From NCBI GenBank assembly GCA_030753365.1, contig JASMCJ010000061.1, positions 1 through 41,116 of the forward strand: a stretch of 41,116 nucleotides of DNA, written 5' to 3'. Of the stretch, positions 18,939-27,912 are shown piece by piece; position 1 is the stretch's first letter, and each line of letters starts with the position of its first letter. The notes under the pieces are model-generated. The model did not search any database and was not told the DNA's origin. It saw only the letters and a program-made list of their open reading frames with translations. Origin of the DNA: Candidatus Woesearchaeota archaeon. Its GTDB lineage: Archaea > Nanobdellota > Nanobdellia > Woesearchaeales > GCA-2687795. Both the position numbers and the translations under genes were made by a program.

Positions 18939-18970
18939 CTCCACTAGGAGAAGTGTTTAACTTCTTCCTA
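18939..18970 (-). other. 32-nt intervening sequence in porA (candidate BHB-type mRNA intron)
   Basis: Sense strand: CAA|UAGGAAGAAGUUAAACACUUCUCCUAGUGGAG|ACU. Its length is not a multiple of 3 and it begins with an in-frame UAG. The fold has a hairpin plus a 4-bp CCAC/GUGG helix flanked by bulges. Confidence 0.55.
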
Positions 18971-19066
18971 TTGTGGCGTAATCGGATACATTGGAATAAC
19001 AGCTGGCCTGCAAAGTTTTACGCCGATGGCAACAGCCACTGAGGCTTCAATTACTTTTTTTGCCAT
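18971..19066 (-). CDS. porA: porA upstream part (exon 1, 32 codons)
   Basis: ATG at 19066. It encodes MAKKVIEASVAVAIGVKLCRPAVIPMYPITPQ, ending in the conserved YPITPQ, then a TAG. Confidence 0.7.
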
Positions 19067-19120
19067 ATTAAATTCTTTCTAAAGGAAATATTTAAATATA
19101 TCTATTTTTACCGTACAATA

Positions 19121-20317
19121 ATGGGTAGTAAAATGGTAAAAATGCATCTAACTCAAATTCCTTCTGAAAGAATTTACTTAAAACTAAACAAGAAAGTAAT
19201 AAGATTAATTACTACTTTGGTTAAAAAAACTAATCTGGTTTTAAGTCAGGAGATAACAGAACAACTATACCGTTTTAAGATTGGCAAAAAGGTTTCGATA
19301 CATTTCATTAAGAAAATTTCAAGAATGCTTGAAATAGGGAACAAATTTATTGAGGATAATACTGACTTAATAACAAGTTGTAAAAGTACCAATGTAGGAA
19401 TAAAAAAACCGAGATTCCCATTTGACTTTACAAACAAAAATGGAGTAAGATTAATTTCAGCAATAATGGGCGATGGAGAGATAAATAGCCAGATAATAGT
19501 AAGATATAATAACCAGAAGAAAGTGTTAATTGATGGTATCTTAAATTGCTTCAAAGAGGTTTTTGGGGATGTAGATTATAAACTCTATTTAAGAGACGAT
19601 CAAACATACCAACTAGTTTTTCCTAAAATAGTAGGATTAGTTTTATTAAAAGTTGGCTTAAAAGAAGGCTATAAGTCAATAACAAATTATTCTATTCCTT
19701 ATTTTATTTTTAATTTGGATATAGATAAAAAAGGAATCTTTATTAAACAGTTTTTTACTGATGAAGGAAATGTTAGATTAAAAGATAGGAGACTCCAAGT
19801 AAAACAAACCTTAAAAATTGATTCAACCAAGAAGACACTTAGGCTTGAACCTGAAGAATACGCACCAAATTCCCTAAAAGGAATTAAACGGTTATTATTG
19901 GATCTTGAGATAACTTCAAAAATCTCTTTAGGTGCTTATAGGGAAAATGAAAAAAAGGCTGATTGGGAACTTTCTATTTATGGTAAAGAAAATCTAGTAA
20001 AGTTTCAAGAAAAAATAGGATTCTATTTAGAGTATAAGAATAAACTTTTAGAGAATGCAATAAAAAGCTATAAATTTCCTTCTGCTCCTAGAAACGGAAG
20101 GATTGAGTTTGCTTTGGAAAAATTTAAAATTGTTCAAACCAAATATGGTTTTGTTACAAAATACCTTCTGTCAGAAGAAAGCAGAAGGTCTATAAAAACA
20201 GCTATCTATTTTTTAATTGATTTAAAGAAAAAAGGTTTTATAAATGAAATTGAGAGGCCAAGAGACAAAAAAGGGCATCCAAAGGCTAGGAAGTATAGCT
20301 TGAATAATAACCTGTAA
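19121..20317 (+). CDS. free-standing double-motif LAGLIDADG endonuclease-like protein with N-terminal HTH-like module
   Basis: Motifs LISAIMGDGE and FIKQFFTDEGN. Divergently transcribed, 55 bp from porA exon 1. Confidence 0.65.
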   Translation: MGSKMVKMHLTQIPSERIYLKLNKKVIRLITTLVKKTNLVLSQEITEQLYRFKIGKKVSIHFIKKISRMLEIGNKFIEDNTDLITSCKSTNVGIKKPRFPFDFTNKNGVRLISAIMGDGEINSQIIVRYNNQKKVLIDGILNCFKEVFGDVDYKLYLRDDQTYQLVFPKIVGLVLLKVGLKEGYKSITNYSIPYFIFNLDIDKKGIFIKQFFTDEGNVRLKDRRLQVKQTLKIDSTKKTLRLEPEEYAPNSLKGIKRLLLDLEITSKISLGAYRENEKKADWELSIYGKENLVKFQEKIGFYLEYKNKLLENAIKSYKFPSAPRNGRIEFALEKFKIVQTKYGFVTKYLLSEESRRSIKTAIYFLIDLKKKGFINEIERPRDKKGHPKARKYSLNNNL

Positions 20318-20399
20318 AGTTATCAGCTTGTTTTTAGAAATAGCTTTATATGTATAATTTGAAAAGGTTTTTATAAAAAAGAAGGTTTCTCTGCATTAA

Positions 20400-20960
20400 A
20401 TGGACAGAAAACAGATTAAGTTATTTAAAATAAGACCGCAAAGGTTTGATGACATTAAAAATGATAGAAAAAAGGCTGGAGAGCCATCATTCATACTTAA
20501 TAACACACTTAATCATCTAGGGGTAAGAAATTATTGTCTTATTAAAAAAACTATAGGATTCAAGGATATGCCTGAATTCTATAATAACATTGAAGGAGAA
20601 TTAAAGCGGAGTTTATTCCATTCTATAGAGTTTAGTGGTATTAAAGAAATTATCCGCCCAGGAGAAGCACTTGAATACATTCAGGATTTATTCTCTTCAT
20701 CTGAATCTGCTGATAAATCTACTGTAATAAGAATTAAATATTGCAGTCCTAACCATAGCCTGAGAAGAAGAGATCAATTGGTTTTTAAGTGGAAGGATGA
20801 TATTATTCGTTGTGAAGAAGCCTTTATAGGCCATAATAATTTAGGAGATTATAGCACGGAATTAAACTTAGAAGGCGAGAGAAGCCCAGCATTAGCAGTA
20901 TACCTTGATAAACTTCCAGATTTTATTCAGGCTATAATAGATGACCCTTCTATCAGATGA
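20400..20960 (+). CDS. hypothetical protein (186 aa), translationally coupled to apbE
   Basis: ATGA overlap with the next gene. No motif recognised. Confidence 0.45.
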   Translation: MDRKQIKLFKIRPQRFDDIKNDRKKAGEPSFILNNTLNHLGVRNYCLIKKTIGFKDMPEFYNNIEGELKRSLFHSIEFSGIKEIIRPGEALEYIQDLFSSSESADKSTVIRIKYCSPNHSLRRRDQLVFKWKDDIIRCEEAFIGHNNLGDYSTELNLEGERSPALAVYLDKLPDFIQAIIDDPSIR

Positions 20961-21919
20961 AAAAAAAAAAATTAGGAATCATTATACTTCTGCTTTTAAT
21001 CACAACAGGCTGTGTACAAGAAACCAACCTAACCAAAACAAGAGAACTAATGGGCACAATAGTTTCTATAACAGTAATCGACAAAGACACAGTAAAAGCC
21101 AGTCAATCAATTGACCTAGCTTTCACTGAAATAGAAAGAATAAACTCTTTAATGAGCCATTATAATAACCAGACTCAGGTTGGCATCCTAAACAATGAAG
21201 GCATTCTTAAAAACCCAGACACAGAGCTAATCAACATTCTAAGGCAGTCAGAATACTACTCTGCCCTAAGCAACGGCGCCTTTGACATCACAGTCCAGCC
21301 ATTATTAGAGCTTTACACTAATTCATTCCAAAAGACAGGCAAGCCGCCTTCAGAAAAAGAAATAAAAACTACATTAAGTCTTGTAAACTATCAAGACATC
21401 CTAATCGAGGAAACCAGCATAAGCTTTGATAAAACAGGAATGAGAATAACTTTGGGTGGCATTGCCAAAGGCTATGCAGTTGACAAAGCAATAGGAGTAT
21501 TAAAAGCAAACAACATAGACTCTGCCTTAATCAACGCTGGCGGAGACATAAGAGCAATAGGAAACAAAGGAAAAGAAGATTGGAGCATTGCATTAAGAAA
21601 CCCAAGAGATGAACAAGACTACATAACCATAATCAACCTCAACAATAAAGCAGTAGCAACCTCAGGAGACTATGAAAGATATTTTGTTGACAAAAGCCAG
21701 CATCATATCATCAATCCTAAAACTGGAAAATCAGCATTAGACCTAATCAGTGTAACAATATTAGCAGAAAAAGCAGTAGATGCAGATGCGCTAGCAACTT
21801 CTGTGTTTGTATTAGGCGCAGACAAAGGTTTAGCATTAATCGAAAGTTTAAGTGGTGTAGAAGGATTATTGATAACAGAAGAAAAAGAGGTAATAAAAAG
21901 TAAAGGATTTGAACCTTAA
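20957..21919 (+). CDS. apbE: ApbE-family FAD:protein FMN transferase, lipoprotein
   Basis: Lipobox LITTGC, then MGT..ITV, GGIAKGYAVD, INAGGDI and ATSGDYERYF..HHIINPKTG. Confidence 0.85.
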   Translation: MKKKKLGIIILLLLITTGCVQETNLTKTRELMGTIVSITVIDKDTVKASQSIDLAFTEIERINSLMSHYNNQTQVGILNNEGILKNPDTELINILRQSEYYSALSNGAFDITVQPLLELYTNSFQKTGKPPSEKEIKTTLSLVNYQDILIEETSISFDKTGMRITLGGIAKGYAVDKAIGVLKANNIDSALINAGGDIRAIGNKGKEDWSIALRNPRDEQDYITIINLNNKAVATSGDYERYFVDKSQHHIINPKTGKSALDLISVTILAEKAVDADALATSVFVLGADKGLALIESLSGVEGLLITEEKEVIKSKGFEP

Positions 21920-22875
21920 CTAACAATCTTCATAGCCTTCTCCATATTATAAGCATTAAAAGCATATCCAATCCCTCTTCCCACAAAGAAAGAATTCTTG
22001 CTAAACACTCCGCTCATTGCCTCAAGGAAACCTTTCCTGCTTTCTATCTTTTTAAGCTCAACAGGCATCTCCAATATTTTCTCAAGATAAGCCTTAACCT
22101 CTTCCTCTCCTCCAAGCTCATCCACCAAATCCAGCTCTTTTGCCTGTGAACCCATATAATAAATCCCTGTAGCAAGCTCTCTAACCTTATCATTCTCCAA
22201 CCCTCTATTCTCTGCAACACCTTCTATAAAATAATCATGAATAAGATTAATCCTTTCACTAAGCAACTTCTCTTCCATAGGCGTCAACTGTTTCATAGGA
22301 CTACCTATATCCTTAAACTCTCCTGCAACAAGCCTTTGATAAGTAATATTATGATCACCTAAAAACCCTGAAAAATCCAGATAAGAAGAAATAACACCAA
22401 TTGAACCAGTAACACTCATCCTGTTTGCAATAATATGGTCAGTAGCAGACGCAACCCAATAAGCTCCTGACGCGCCAATCTCTCTAATCCAGGCAACCTT
22501 AGGCTTCTTAATCCTCTTCACTCTTCTCACAATCTCTTCAGTAGCAACCGGCGAGCCTCCTCCAGAATTAATCTCAAACACAATCGCCTTAACATTAGGA
22601 TTCTTTTCAGCCCTGTCAATAAGCTTAATAATATTTGAAGAAGTTGCAGCCTCTTCACCAAACGAAAGAATGCTAGGCTCAACCGTAATAATACCCTTTA
22701 AAGGAATAATAGCAGCATTCCCTAATGTAGTTGGCGTACCATCACTAATCACCGAAGAAAGAATCCCTGCAATAAACATGCTGATAAAAGCCAGTATAAC
22801 TAGAACAACAATAACTAATAACCATTCCCTGCTAATCTTAGGTCTTTCTTTCTCTGATTTCATTAACAACTTCAA
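21916..22875 (-). CDS. sppA: signal peptide peptidase SppA (S49 family, 36K type)
   Basis: N-terminal TM segment, INSGGGSPVA, and GASGAYWVASA with the catalytic Ser context. Confidence 0.85.
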   Translation of the reverse strand: MKLLMKSEKERPKISREWLLVIVVLVILAFISMFIAGILSSVISDGTPTTLGNAAIIPLKGIITVEPSILSFGEEAATSSNIIKLIDRAEKNPNVKAIVFEINSGGGSPVATEEIVRRVKRIKKPKVAWIREIGASGAYWVASATDHIIANRMSVTGSIGVISSYLDFSGFLGDHNITYQRLVAGEFKDIGSPMKQLTPMEEKLLSERINLIHDYFIEGVAENRGLENDKVRELATGIYYMGSQAKELDLVDELGGEEEVKAYLEKILEMPVELKKIESRKGFLEAMSGVFSKNSFFVGRGIGYAFNAYNMEKAMKIVS

Positions 22876-22935
22876 TAAGAACTATGTTTATAAATCTTTC
22901 TTTAGAGCAAAACATAAAAAAAGAATAAGAAAACT

Positions 22936-23766
22936 TTACTCAAGCTTCACATCATCAACAGCTTTCATATGTTTCCATGAACTGCTAAACAAGTCATCAA
23001 GTGCTTTAGCAAAGAACGGTGTGGTAACCCATATTCCAATATCATAAGTAGGATGAACATCCTTATCATCCAAAGCCATAAACACAAGCTCTTTCCCATC
23101 AACAATACAGAACCTTGCATTGCTATTAGTATGCCTAACCTCTGCAATATCTCTCATCTCTTTTATAGCACTCATGCTCTCCTTTGTAATCGGCGCAGCA
23201 ATCCTAATGTTAACACCTCTCTTACTAATCTTCTCAAAAGTAGGCTTAAGCCCTTCAACTTTTCTCATTATGCCTTGAGCAGTAGTCATAAGGGTAACAG
23301 ACTCATTAGCATTCTTAATCATCATCTCAAGATGATTATACAGGTTATGTCTTCCTCTTAACGAGCCAGACAAGTCAGACGGTTCTATTAACTCAACACC
23401 CTGCGTATGCAATGTGCTCAATTCATTCAAAACATCCGAGCCTTCAAGCTTATTCAATCTGTTAACCTTTTCTTCAGCTTCTGTCCTCATATTCTTTTTA
23501 ACTCTTCCAACAACTTCAGTAGGAGGAACAGCAATATATTTAATTGGCTTACCCAACTTCATTATAACAAAACCCTTCTTTTCCAGGCTTTCAAGAACAT
23601 CATAACTTCTTGACCTTGGAACATTAGCAATATCAGACAACTCACCTGCAGTGCTCACACCTCTTGACAATAAGGCTGCCCAGATTTTTACTTCGTATAA
23701 GTTCAAAGAAAAATATCTTCTCAGTTTGCTTAAAAATTCTTCTTTTACAATCATTTTACCCTTCAC
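22936..23766 (-). CDS. TrmB-family transcriptional regulator
   Basis: N-terminal wHTH YEVKIWAALLSRGVSTAGELSDIANVPRSRSYDVLESLEKKGFV plus a C-terminal TrmB-like sensing domain. Confidence 0.8.
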   Translation of the reverse strand: MKGKMIVKEEFLSKLRRYFSLNLYEVKIWAALLSRGVSTAGELSDIANVPRSRSYDVLESLEKKGFVIMKLGKPIKYIAVPPTEVVGRVKKNMRTEAEEKVNRLNKLEGSDVLNELSTLHTQGVELIEPSDLSGSLRGRHNLYNHLEMMIKNANESVTLMTTAQGIMRKVEGLKPTFEKISKRGVNIRIAAPITKESMSAIKEMRDIAEVRHTNSNARFCIVDGKELVFMALDDKDVHPTYDIGIWVTTPFFAKALDDLFSSSWKHMKAVDDVKLE

Positions 23767-23886
23767 CCTTTTTTATTTATAATTGTATAGTTATTACACT
23801 TTATTTCTTAAGTAACAACTTATATATAAATATATAGGTAGTAAAAAATATGGGAAAAACAAAAATTTATGATTTTCCAGACGGTA

Positions 23887-25851
23887 TTACTTCTCTTTTT
23901 CTCTTATCAGTGTCTTAACCACTGAAGCATCTGCCAATGTAGTAGTATCTCCAACATCTTTCTTTCCTTCAACAATTGCTTTCAAAATCCTTCTCATGAT
24001 TTTTCCAGACCTTGTCTTAGGAAGCGCATCAGCAAACTGAACCTTCTCAGGCTTTGCAATATGCCCAATCACTCTTGCAACATGTTTAACCAATTCAATC
24101 TTAAGCTTATCACTCTTCTTAACCCCTCTCTTCAAAGTCACGAACGCATACAGGCACTGGCCTTTTATCTCATGCGACATCGGAACAACCGCAGACTCTG
24201 CAACAGTCTTATGGCTAACCAATGCACTCTCCACTTCCGCTGTCCCAATCCTATGCCCTGAAACATTAACAACATCATCAATCCTACCCATTATCCAGAA
24301 ATAGCCATCCTTATCCTTCTTAGCAGCATCGCCTGCAAGATAGTAATCTGGAAACTTGCTGAAATAAACATCAATATATCTCTTAGGATTCTTCCATACA
24401 GTCCTTCCAATCCCAGGCCATGATTTTTTAATAACAAGATCCCCTCCCTCATTTGCAGCAGCCTCGCTCCCATCCTCCTTCAAAATAGCCGGCACCACAC
24501 CAGGGAACGGCATAGTAGCTGATCCAGGCTTCAAAGGCATAGCGCCAGGCAAAGGAGTAATCAAAATACCTCCAGTCTCAGTCTGCCACCATGTATCAAC
24601 AATCGGACACTTTCTCTTGCCAATAACATTATAATACCAATTCCATGCATCCGGATTAATCGGCTCTCCCACAGAACCCAGCAACCTTAACGAACTAAGG
24701 TCATGCTTATCCACCCACTTCTTACCCTCTCTCTCTAAAGCTCTCACAACAGTAGGCGCAGTATAAAACACATTAACCTTATACTTCTCAACAATCTGCC
24801 AAAACCTATCAGGCTCAGGATAAGTAGGAACACCTTCAAACATAAGAGAAGTTGCGCCATTAGCCAAAGGTCCATAAACAATATAACTATGCCCAGTAAT
24901 CCATCCAACATCAGCAGTGCACCAGTAAGTATCATCATCCTTCAAATCAAACACCCATTTAGTAGTCTGATAAACATAAACAAGATACCCTCCCGTAGTA
25001 TGCAACACACCCTTAGGAGTTCCAGTTGTGCCGCTAGTATAAAGAATAAACAAAGGATCTTCTGCATCCATCTCAACTGCCTTGCAAAACGGACTGGCAT
25101 CCTTCATCTCCTCATGCCACCAGAAATCTCTTCTCTTATTCATCTTCACCTTTATATTAGCCCTCTTGCAAACTATAACATTCTTAACAGACCGACATTT
25201 TCCTAACACAGAATCAGCCTTGTCTTTCAGAGGCATTGGTTTTCCTTTTCTCAAGCTGCCATCAGCTGTAATCAACATCTTAGCTTCACTATCCTTAATC
25301 CTCTTCCTAAGTGACTCTGCGCTATAACCACCAAACACAATAGAATGAATAGCTCCTATTCTTGTACAGGCAAGCATTGCAATCGCAATCTCAGGTATCA
25401 TAGGCATATAAAGGCAAACTCTGTCACCCTTTCTAATCCCCTTCCTCTTCAAAACATTTGCAAACTTGCAAACCTCTCTATGAAGCTCAACATAAGTATA
25501 AGTCCTGCTATCCTCTTCAGGCTCACCCTGCCAAATCAATGCAGCCTTATTCTTTCTCCATGTAGTAAGATGCCTATCAAGGCAGTTATAAGAAACATTT
25601 ATTTTTCCGCCTTCAAACCATTTAACAAACGGTTTCTTACTATACTTAAAAACAGTCTTCCATTTCTTAAACCAATGCAATTGCTTTGCCTTCTCTCCCC
25701 AGAACTTCGCAGGATTCTTAACAGACTCATTATAAATCTTATTATACTCTCTAAGACTCTTAACATAAGCACTCTTAACAAACTTCTTAGAAGGATTAAC
25801 CTTCCTTCTCTCTGCTCTCTCAGAACTAACAGACAAAATTGATTCTTCCAA
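23887..25851 (-). CDS. acs: acetyl-CoA synthetase (AMP-forming)
   Basis: [14 protein letters not shown]-binding motif, WWQTETGG, and a C-terminal [11 protein letters not shown]. Confidence 0.95.
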   Translation of the reverse strand: MEESILSVSSERAERRKVNPSKKFVKSAYVKSLREYNKIYNESVKNPAKFWGEKAKQLHWFKKWKTVFKYSKKPFVKWFEGGKINVSYNCLDRHLTTWRKNKAALIWQGEPEEDSRTYTYVELHREVCKFANVLKRKGIRKGDRVCLYMPMIPEIAIAMLACTRIGAIHSIVFGGYSAESLRKRIKDSEAKMLITADGSLRKGKPMPLKDKADSVLGKCRSVKNVIVCKRANIKVKMNKRRDFWWHEEMKDASPFCKAVEMDAEDPLFILYTSGTTGTPKGVLHTTGGYLVYVYQTTKWVFDLKDDDTYWCTADVGWITGHSYIVYGPLANGATSLMFEGVPTYPEPDRFWQIVEKYKVNVFYTAPTVVRALEREGKKWVDKHDLSSLRLLGSVGEPINPDAWNWYYNVIGKRKCPIVDTWWQTETGGILITPLPGAMPLKPGSATMPFPGVVPAILKEDGSEAAANEGGDLVIKKSWPGIGRTVWKNPKRYIDVYFSKFPDYYLAGDAAKKDKDGYFWIMGRIDDVVNVSGHRIGTAEVESALVSHKTVAESAVVPMSHEIKGQCLYAFVTLKRGVKKSDKLKIELVKHVARVIGHIAKPEKVQFADALPKTRSGKIMRRILKAIVEGKKDVGDTTTLADASVVKTLIREKEK

Positions 25852-25937
25852 AATACCACCTCTTTTTACACTTAACTTTAGAACAAAGAATATTTAAATG
25901 TTTGTTTTGTGAAAAAACAAGAAATAAAATAATTTCT

Positions 25938-26336
25938 CTACCTGTAAGACTTCTGTCTTTTAGACCTTGCCTTACCTTGCCTATTCGGCTTTGAAGCTTC
26001 CTTCCTTCTCACATCAGCAACCAGAAGATGCCTGTCATACTCCAAGAAAGGTTTCTCTAACTTCTTATCAAACTGTAATAAGGCTCTTGCTATAGCAAGT
26101 CTTGCAGCCTCAGTCTGGCTGTTATATCCACCGCCTTTGATAGTAACATAAATGTCAACATCCTTGCTGCCTAAGCTCTTAGCAATCAGCAAAGGCTCTT
26201 GAATCTTCAGCCTATTCATCTTTGGTTGATAAATACTTAAAGGCTTATTATTAACCATAACATTACCTTTACCAGGCTTCAAAGTAGCTCTTGCAATTGC
26301 TCTCTTTCTCTTTCCGGATGAATTTATAACTTTCAT
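25938..26336 (-). CDS. rps9: 30S ribosomal protein S9 (uS9)
   Basis: GKRKRAIARATL start and a C-terminal ...RQKSYR. Confidence 0.95.
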   Translation of the reverse strand: MKVINSSGKRKRAIARATLKPGKGNVMVNNKPLSIYQPKMNRLKIQEPLLIAKSLGSKDVDIYVTIKGGGYNSQTEAARLAIARALLQFDKKLEKPFLEYDRHLLVADVRRKEASKPNRQGKARSKRQKSYR

Positions 26337-26340
26337 TATT

Positions 26341-26748
26341 TTAAACCAGTTTGCATAAATCTTTCAATACCATATACTTATAATTAGGAAGCTTTGAAAC
26401 ATTAGTTTTGTTTGAAGTAATAAGCTTTTCTTTTTCATACTTCTCAGGAACACCCATATAACACATAATATTCTTAAAAGCATCCCTTCCTCTGCCCTGT
26501 TTATATGACAGCATACCTCTAATAGTTCTTCTAACAACCCTATCCGGCTGCCTTGGGAAGAAAGGTCCAGTCATTGGGCCTCCAATTTCTCTCCTCATCT
26601 TATACTTTGAAATAATTGAACTCTTATTACCTGATATAATAGCATTCTCACAATTAACAACAACTATCTTTTCACCTAGCAAAGCTGTCTTAGCTACAAA
26701 ACTAGCCATTCTTCCTACGATTTGATTAGTTGCATCAATTACTATCAT
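26341..26748 (-). CDS. rpl13: 50S ribosomal protein L13 (uL13)
   Basis: IVIDATNQIVGRMAS..VVVNCE pattern and its position in the conserved cluster. Confidence 0.93.
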   Translation of the reverse strand: MIVIDATNQIVGRMASFVAKTALLGEKIVVVNCENAIISGNKSSIISKYKMRREIGGPMTGPFFPRQPDRVVRRTIRGMLSYKQGRGRDAFKNIMCYMGVPEKYEKEKLITSNKTNVSKLPNYKYMVLKDLCKLV

Positions 26749-26756
26749 TTTAATCT

Positions 26757-27122
26757 TTATCCTATTATTCTGATTCTTTTACCTTTAATATCCATACCCA
26801 TAAAATCTTTAATAAGCATTGCTTTAGCCTGCGCTTTATTAATCTTCTCCAAAGCGCTCTTTGAATATGAAAACGCTCCAATAGTAAGCTTATGCTCCAA
26901 AACACCATCACCTAACACTTTGCCTGGAACAATAATAACTTCATCTTCTTTAGTATACTTATTAATCTTTGAAAGGTTAACAGCCCTTGCATTCCTTCTA
27001 GGCTTTTCTAGCTCCTTTGCAATCCTTTTCCATAATGGAACATTGTTCTCACTACCTAAAGCCTTAAGACTTTCTATCAAGCTTATCAAGCTTGAGTTTG
27101 TAGGACCTGTTCTTTTTACCAT
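26757..27122 (-). CDS. rpl18e: 50S ribosomal protein L18e
   Basis: MVKRTGPTN... N-terminus and its position between rpoD/tRNA and L13. Confidence 0.85.
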   Translation of the reverse strand: MVKRTGPTNSSLISLIESLKALGSENNVPLWKRIAKELEKPRRNARAVNLSKINKYTKEDEVIIVPGKVLGDGVLEHKLTIGAFSYSKSALEKINKAQAKAMLIKDFMGMDIKGKRIRIIG

Positions 27123-27123
27123 T

Positions 27124-27675
27124 TTATAATTTATCCAATGTTTTTCCTATCCTTTGTTGTGTACTTACTTGTGAATATAATCTTGTTTTGAAATTTCTGA
27201 GCATATTTTGAAAATAATTGCTTACTTGATCTATATTTTCAACATAATCAATAGTTACCTTATTTTCTTCCATGCCAGTCAATTCAATGCTCATTGAACC
27301 TGTTTTTAATATTTTATTTTCAATACCTGACTTATTTAAGTTTATTTTCAAAATGTTCTTATATGATATCTCTTTTCCATTAGCATCCAGTTTGTTATCA
27401 TAAAACATATATTTCTTGCTGGTTATTGTTATATACTTGAAAGCTAACATAACAATTGTTGCTACAACAGCTGTCAGTATGATTCCAAACAATATCTTAT
27501 CTGCGCTTATCTCTAAGCCAAATGAATCAAATGTCTCTGCAAAAATATTCAATATCCCTGCAAACTTGAAAGCCATTGTACTCCCTGTAATAAACAATAG
27601 TATTACAAAAGTCTTGCTTAGGTTAAACAAAAGCAATTTCTTTTTGTTTGGTTCTATTTTCATTACCTTATCCAT
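27124..27675 (-). CDS. membrane protein (2 TM + bPH/YdbS-like soluble domain) inserted in the r-protein cluster
   Basis: Two hydrophobic helices followed by a beta-rich domain. The family assignment is tentative. Confidence 0.5.
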   Translation of the reverse strand: MDKVMKIEPNKKKLLLFNLSKTFVILLFITGSTMAFKFAGILNIFAETFDSFGLEISADKILFGIILTAVVATIVMLAFKYITITSKKYMFYDNKLDANGKEISYKNILKINLNKSGIENKILKTGSMSIELTGMEENKVTIDYVENIDQVSNYFQNMLRNFKTRLYSQVSTQQRIGKTLDKL

Positions 27676-27737
27676 TTTATGGGAGTAAAATCATTTATTA
27701 ACCGAATCCAAGCGTTTACTTTGGACTCGCTGCAAAG

Positions 27738-27836
27738 TGCGGAGGACGTGATTCGAACACGCGCACCCACTAAGGGACAAGGCTTTTGCTCAACGACCTC
27801 AACCTTGCACATTTGACCAGACTCTGTCACCTCCGC
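27738..27836 (-). tRNA. tRNA-Leu (anticodon GAG), class II, with a 13-nt intron at 37/38 (27784-27796)
   Basis: Minus strand: acceptor GCGGAGG/CCTCCGC+A73, long D loop with GG, CAAGG-UUGAGG[UCGUUGAGCAAAA]G-CCUUG, variable arm CCC-UUAGU-GGG, T arm GCGUG-UUCGAAU-CACGU. Confidence 0.85.
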
Positions 27837-27846
27837 AGTGAGCGTA

Positions 27847-27901
27847 GCGAACAAGGAGGCCAGTGAATTTGTCCCAAAGACAAATTTTAGCGCGCCTCCG
27901 C
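27847..27901 (-). repeat. 55-nt structured repeat, copy E1 (adjacent to tRNA-Leu)
   Basis: Minus strand: GCGGAGGCGCGCTAAAATTTGTCTTTGGGACAAATTCACTGGCCTCCTTGTTCGC. Internal hairpin AATTTGTC/GACAAATT, closing GGAGG/CCTCC. Confidence 0.8.
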
Positions 27902-27912
27902 AATGATTATAA

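Noticed and set aside
18939-18970. T4 gene-60-style translational bypass, or -1/+2 frameshifting, as the explanation for the porA gap
   Set aside because: The take-off codon CAA has no matching landing codon before ACU, and no slippery heptamer is present. The BHB cleavage rule explains the exact boundaries, so the intron model is preferred. Bypass is not formally excluded.
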